The notes beneath the pieces were generated by a model, which saw only the letters and a list, made by a program, of their open reading frames with translations, was not told the origin of the DNA and made no database searches. This document shows, one piece after another, positions 61,356-64,000 of a stretch of 64,000 nt of DNA (position 1 is its first letter; each line of letters begins with the position of its first letter). Location of the stretch: assembly GCA_963766885.1 (NCBI GenBank), contig CAVYBO010000002.1, positions 86,097 through 150,096 on the forward strand. The letters run 5' to 3'. Position numbers and translations under genes: made by a program. This stretch comes from an uncultured bacterium (GTDB taxonomy: Bacteria > Patescibacteriota > Minisyncoccia > Phycocordibacterales > CAIRYW01).

Positions 61356-62222
61356 ATGTTAGAAAAATATCCAATTAGAAAAATTGAGGCCAAAGACTTA
61401 TCTTTGAGCCTGCTTGAAATTCCTGAACCGCCAGGCACACTATATATACGTGGCAATCTTCCACCCCAAAATTTTATTTATCTCACAGTTGTCGGTTCTC
61501 GAAAAGCAAGCTCCTACGGCAAAGACGCAACCAAGAAAATTATCTCCGGGCTGGCAGGATACCCGATAGTAATTGTCTCTGGACTTGCAATTGGGATTGA
61601 TTCAATCGCTCACAACGCTGCATTGGATGCTGGAATTTTTACAATGTCTTTTCCAGGTTCAGGACTCGGAGAAAAATTTATTGCGCCAAGCAGCCATTTG
61701 CCATTGGCCAAAAATATTTTAGATGCCGGCGGCTGCTTAGTTTCAGAAATGAATTCTGATGAACATGGCCAAGCCTGGACATTCCCAAGACGCAACCGTT
61801 TGATGGCGGGAATTTCCAAAGCCGTGCTAGTAGTAGAAGCAGAAAAACCATCAGGCACGTTGATTACCTCCAAGCTTGCAACCGATTATAATCGTGACGT
61901 TTTTGCCGTACCTGGCAGCATTTTTTCCAAAAACTCAGAAGGTCCGCATATGCTGATAAAACTTGGAGCAACACCTGTGGAAAATTCTGACGATGTTTTG
62001 GAAGCACTTGGCATCAAACCAAGCAACGCTGTGGGACAATTACCGCTATTAGATTTATCCAAAGAAGAAAAAACTTTATTAGATATTCTAGCCGTCCCCT
62101 CGAGTCGTGATGAAATCTCAGAAAAATTGGATTGGGATATTTCTAAAATTTCAGAAACTTTAACTCTCCTTGAAATAAAGGGAGTAATAAAAGAACACTT
62201 GGGCAAAATACATCTTGCGTAG
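61356..62222 (+). CDS. dprA: DNA processing protein DprA
   Basis: VVGSR, SGLAIGID, FPRRNR, VFAVPG. Confidence 0.96.
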   Translation: MLEKYPIRKIEAKDLSLSLLEIPEPPGTLYIRGNLPPQNFIYLTVVGSRKASSYGKDATKKIISGLAGYPIVIVSGLAIGIDSIAHNAALDAGIFTMSFPGSGLGEKFIAPSSHLPLAKNILDAGGCLVSEMNSDEHGQAWTFPRRNRLMAGISKAVLVVEAEKPSGTLITSKLATDYNRDVFAVPGSIFSKNSEGPHMLIKLGATPVENSDDVLEALGIKPSNAVGQLPLLDLSKEEKTLLDILAVPSSRDEISEKLDWDISKISETLTLLEIKGVIKEHLGKIHLA

Positions 62223-62297
62223 CAGATAAATTTGCAAAAAAAATGAGGTGCGTGTAATACTTATCGCACAAGTATAAATATCAAGTGAATATATAGT

Positions 62298-64000
62298 ATG
62301 AAATTAGTAATCGTAGAATCCCCTGCCAAAGCCAAAACGATCAGCAAATATCTGGGCAAAGATTATGAAGTCAAAGCTTCAGTTGGCCACGTGCGTGATT
62401 TGCCCAAATCAAACAAAACTGCCATAGACATTGAAGGCGGTTTTATTCCTCATTACGAAATTTCCAAAGGCAAAGAGCACGTTATTGCCGAGATTAGAAA
62501 GCTTGCAAGCAAAGCAACTGAAGTGCTTCTTGCCACCGACCCTGACCGAGAAGGAGAAGCGATTGCTTGGCATCTTAAAGAATTAATTATTGATAAAAAA
62601 AGCAAAAAGCCGATAAAAAGAATTTCATATACCGAAATCACTAAGGAAGCGATTGAAGAAGCCTTAAAAAATCCCCGTGAAATTGATGAAGATTTACGTA
62701 AAGCTCAAGAGGCCCGCAGAGTTTTGGACAGGCTTGTTGGATACGATTTATCTGGAATTATTTGGAAAAAAGTTCGCTACGGACTTTCTGCCGGCCGCGT
62801 TCAATCTCCAGCCCTGCGAATAATAATGGAACGCGAAAGAGAAGTCAGAGCATTTAAACCAGAAGAATATTTTGTAATTTCAGGTGAATTCCAAACCGAA
62901 AAAAGGGAAAAATTATTTCTAGAATGTGAAGAAAAACCGAATGAACGCAAGGAAGCCGAAAGAATTTTGGAACTGGCTAAAGCAGAAAAATGGAATGTCA
63001 AAAGTGTTGACAAAACAGAAGTTAAACGTTCGCCGCGCCCACCATTTATTACATCAACCCTTCAACAAACAGCTTCTACTCGCCTTGGATATTCTCCTTC
63101 CAACACAATGCGTATTGCTCAAAAGCTTTACGAAGGTGGGCACATCACATATATGAGAACAGACAGTCCAAACCTAAGTGCCTACGCAATAGAATCAATC
63201 GCAGGAAAAATCAAAAAAACATACGGTGAAAAATATCTTGATTCAAAAAATTTTGCCTCCAAATCCAAGAATGCTCAGGAAGCTCACGAAGCGATTCGTC
63301 CATCAGATATTTTTAAGGAAAATTCAGGCACAAGTGATGATGAGAAAAAGCTTTACAGATTAATTTGGCAACGCACAATTGCAAGCCAAATGTCCTCTGC
63401 ATTAACCGAGCGTACAAAAGTCAGTGCAAATATTTCTTCAAATTCTATTCCTGATTTTTCGGCAACAGGATCAATCATACTTTTTGATGGATGGCTCAAA
63501 GCCGATCCCGAAGGCCGCGGTGAAGATAAAATAATGCCAAGCATTAAAGCAAAAGACCCTCTCAAAGCTATAGAGATAAATTCGGAAGAGAAATGGACTG
63601 AACCGCCGGGCAGATATTCTGAAGCTGGATTGATTAAAGAGTTGGAAAAAAGAGGAATCGGCAGGCCTTCAACATACGCTTCAATTATCCGCACACTTGA
63701 AACAAGAGAATACGTCACCAAAGAAAACAAGGCTCTCAAGCCAACTGATACTGGCGACGTAGTTTCAACTTTCCTTGAAGCTAATTTTACACACTATATA
63801 AGTGATGTATTTACAGCGGAAATGGAAGAAAAACTCGATGATATTGCCGATGGCAAAGCGGAGTATGTAAAAACGCTAGAAAATTATTATAGACCCCTCC
63901 ATAAAGAAGTTTTAGAAAAAGATAAGCTAGACAAGGCAACAACGTTCGGCGAAGCCGATCCAAAATTCAAATGCCCAAAATGCGGAAGTTCAATGCTAGT
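62298..64000 (+). CDS. topA: DNA topoisomerase I (3' end beyond the window)
   Basis: Missed by the ORF track; reads MKLVIVESPAKAKT, ATDPDREGE, SAGRVQS, ITYMRTDS, GIGRPSTY. Confidence 0.96.
   Translation, partial: MKLVIVESPAKAKTISKYLGKDYEVKASVGHVRDLPKSNKTAIDIEGGFIPHYEISKGKEHVIAEIRKLASKATEVLLATDPDREGEAIAWHLKELIIDKKSKKPIKRISYTEITKEAIEEALKNPREIDEDLRKAQEARRVLDRLVGYDLSGIIWKKVRYGLSAGRVQSPALRIIMEREREVRAFKPEEYFVISGEFQTEKREKLFLECEEKPNERKEAERILELAKAEKWNVKSVDKTEVKRSPRPPFITSTLQQTASTRLGYSPSNTMRIAQKLYEGGHITYMRTDSPNLSAYAIESIAGKIKKTYGEKYLDSKNFASKSKNAQEAHEAIRPSDIFKENSGTSDDEKKLYRLIWQRTIASQMSSALTERTKVSANISSNSIPDFSATGSIILFDGWLKADPEGRGEDKIMPSIKAKDPLKAIEINSEEKWTEPPGRYSEAGLIKELEKRGIGRPSTYASIIRTLETREYVTKENKALKPTDTGDVVSTFLEANFTHYISDVFTAEMEEKLDDIADGKAEYVKTLENYYRPLHKEVLEKDKLDKATTFGEADPKFKCPKCGSSML

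Noticed and set aside
61301-61456. N-terminal extension of serS
   Set aside because: It overlaps the divergent dprA; the canonical MLDIKFI start is at 61300.

Overview
A 64 kb AT-rich, densely packed bacterial chromosome segment using the standard genetic code (TGA is used as a stop, e.g. in leuS). Gene content points to Patescibacteria/CPR, most likely Parcubacteria: short AlaRS, LeuRS with a Nudix insertion, a sigma4-HARE-HTH protein, archaeal-type PyrH, a stand-alone SWIB protein, a membrane-anchored ClpA/B, and many -10 boxes placed directly before start codons. Most of the window is housekeeping: aminoacyl-tRNA synthetases, tRNA modification, an F1Fo ATP synthase operon with a doubly frameshifted atpG, uvrBAC, a MacAB-like ABC exporter, peptidoglycan enzymes, dprA-topA, tRNA-Ala(TGC) and tRNA-Gln(TTG). 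The most unusual locus is 53.29-54.11 kb on the minus strand. There an orphan, high-GC, probably exported protein gene is packaged like an rRNA operon: sigma70 promoter, boxA-like element, a perfect 13-bp leader/trailer stem enclosing the whole ORF, a ~70-nt tRNA-like cloverleaf, then a terminator. A second orphan gene on the other side of dnaX (51.25-52.2 kb) shares the promoter, boxA-like, hairpin-GTGGCAAA and A/C-rich leader layout. Other items of note are an in-frame palindromic element in the dus gene, a glycosidase domain nested inside a DUF2341-like surface protein, a single-gene islet at tRNA-Gln, and self-contained orphan mini-cassettes inside the uvr cluster. All calls come from reading motifs by eye; no database searches or folding programs were run.
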